Origin: Phoronis australis
Lineage: Eukaryota > Animalia > Phoronida
Direction: 5' to 3'
Length of the DNA stretch: 64,000 nt
NCBI GenBank assembly: GCA_002633005.1
Contig: NMRA01000091.1
Coordinates: forward strand, 682,565 to 746,564
This document shows positions 62,346-64,000 of the stretch, in pieces. Position 1 is the first letter of the stretch. Every line of letters begins with the position of its first letter. Below the pieces are notes generated by a model. It had not been told where the DNA came from. It did no database searches and was given only the letters and a program-made list of their open reading frames with translations. The position numbers and the translations under genes were made by a program.

Positions 62346-64000
62346 ATGGTTTTAATATTTCCGTTATCGTTTTTGTTCCATGGTCTTACCAGATCATTTA
62401 AAACTCACGTGTAATAATTTTGTCTATGCGTTCAGACAACCGGTTTCTTCACCGATAACACGGCTTCGGTCGATAAGTGGGAGCGTATAGTACACATTGT
62501 GAAATTTCCGTATATTTGTACTTTTCGTTAAAGATCATTACGAGAGTAAACATGACACAACTAGGAGCGTGGTCACACACAGGTATGCAAAGCAAAACAC
62601 ATAATGCAAAATATTGATTGAGACATTATCCAATCGACATTTCAAAGATGCCTGGGAAATTTTCTACGCTTGGCAAGATTACAAAGCTTCCAGATGACTC
62701 ACGTGTTTCGTTGTTGACTCTATAAAAAACAAGACCATTCATCCTATCCACTGCACTGGAGTCAATTTTAAAACTGTTCCGGTAAAACAGCCATGCTCGT
62801 TACGAGAAATCACTCGCACATTTCCGTTTTATAGCCACCGTGCGTAAGAAATACTGTGTGAACAAGTCAACAAGATGTATTGCAACACCACGAACCAGCG
62901 TAACAATTTCACATAATTGAGTATAATTGGATAGCCGTGTACTGTGATGAATAGGAGGTTCATGGGATGATGACCCTTTACATGAAGAACGTGTACCAGT
63001 GCTGCACACCGAATGATTTACATAAGGGCTGTCAGTACATTAGCTTTAGGACGTAATTTTATTTGGAAAAAGAAAAAACCGTTTGTTAATGTCAAATCTG
63101 GCACAAGGAATAGCGAAATACCACTTTCTCCACTGATACGATAGCACACGTACATCTCCCTTCTTGTTGTTTGTTTGGCACGCAGAAATAAGAAGTTTGG
63201 AGTACGGTGGATTGGGCGATGTTGATAGTTCCAGTTTGTGTCATTCGGAGAGTTTCTCTGGCATTTGCGCTGATGTGATACCATTTTATAGAACAGTTGT
63301 TGTTAAGACTTCTACATAAAAATCTGAAATCCCCATACCGTAAAAAGTACATTTCATTTCGTTTCAAATTTTAAAAATGATCTGTCAAACGCTTGTCACT
63401 TTGCCAGTTACGTCCGCTGACGTCTGCGTGTTTGATAATGTCGTATCTTGACACGTTGACGACCGGCCGAAGGCAAATGAAAATAAGAACTATTAAAATA
63501 AAAACTATTGGACTAGTGATGTACATGTATCAGTGGGAGGGACGTTTGAAAATTGTGATCTTTTAGTTCGAATGTAGTGTTTTTCTTAAGCGGTGAACTT
63601 TGCGATTTCTTCTGGAAACTTTCCCCTAATGGATAATTCCTTCGTACACGCTACGAAAGAGTTATTTCGCCAAAATCTGTTTAAAAGGTATTCCCATGGA
63701 TGTAACCACAACCAAATTGAAGACAATAAATCACAAATCTGCCACTCTCCATGATTCTCGCGATATTTCCCATTTCAGCTCATAGCAAGAGGTACAAAAC
63801 ACAAGTATGCGACCTAGAGACCCACCTACGAGGTACGGCACTACAAAATACTCGACGTTCAGACTAAACAATTTACAGCTTCAGTGAAAAACATTCGTTT
63901 CACATCGATACATATACCCTGCTAAGGTAAAGTCAACTCGTCAGTTTTAGTTTTCCAATCAGTTTTGCCAGCGAATACGTATAAGATCAAACTCCGTTTT

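Overview
AT-rich, intron-rich animal genomic DNA, probably a marine invertebrate; the organism cannot be named from sequence. No prokaryotic operons, CRISPR arrays, rRNA or intact tRNA genes were seen, and most short ORFs in the track are noise. Two real genes were reconstructed by hand from splice signals and intron phases. (1) A minus-strand rhodopsin-like (class A) GPCR, join(47362..46490, 37511..37382, 25750..25251), 500 aa. It has HKY in place of the DRY motif, a second phase-compatible terminal exon (35123..34885), a 33-nt stop-containing cassette exon candidate (29445..29413) and a probable 5' UTR exon (60738..60343). (2) A plus-strand single-pass membrane protein with a kringle exon (3320..3598) spliced to a TM plus short Cys/Ser-rich tail exon (9721..9920); its 5' exon(s) were not found. 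The rest is a dense, nested patchwork of transposons: a decayed ISL2EU-like element (convergent SAP and THAP genes, AT target duplication), a 3.5-kb TIR element, Harbinger- and Kolobok-type MITEs, Helentron/HINE-like arrays (one with co-oriented CTCF-like motifs), L1/Tx1 LINE fragments, tRNA-derived SINEs, a 34-bp minisatellite and microsatellites. All coordinates and alignments were done by eye, without database searches.
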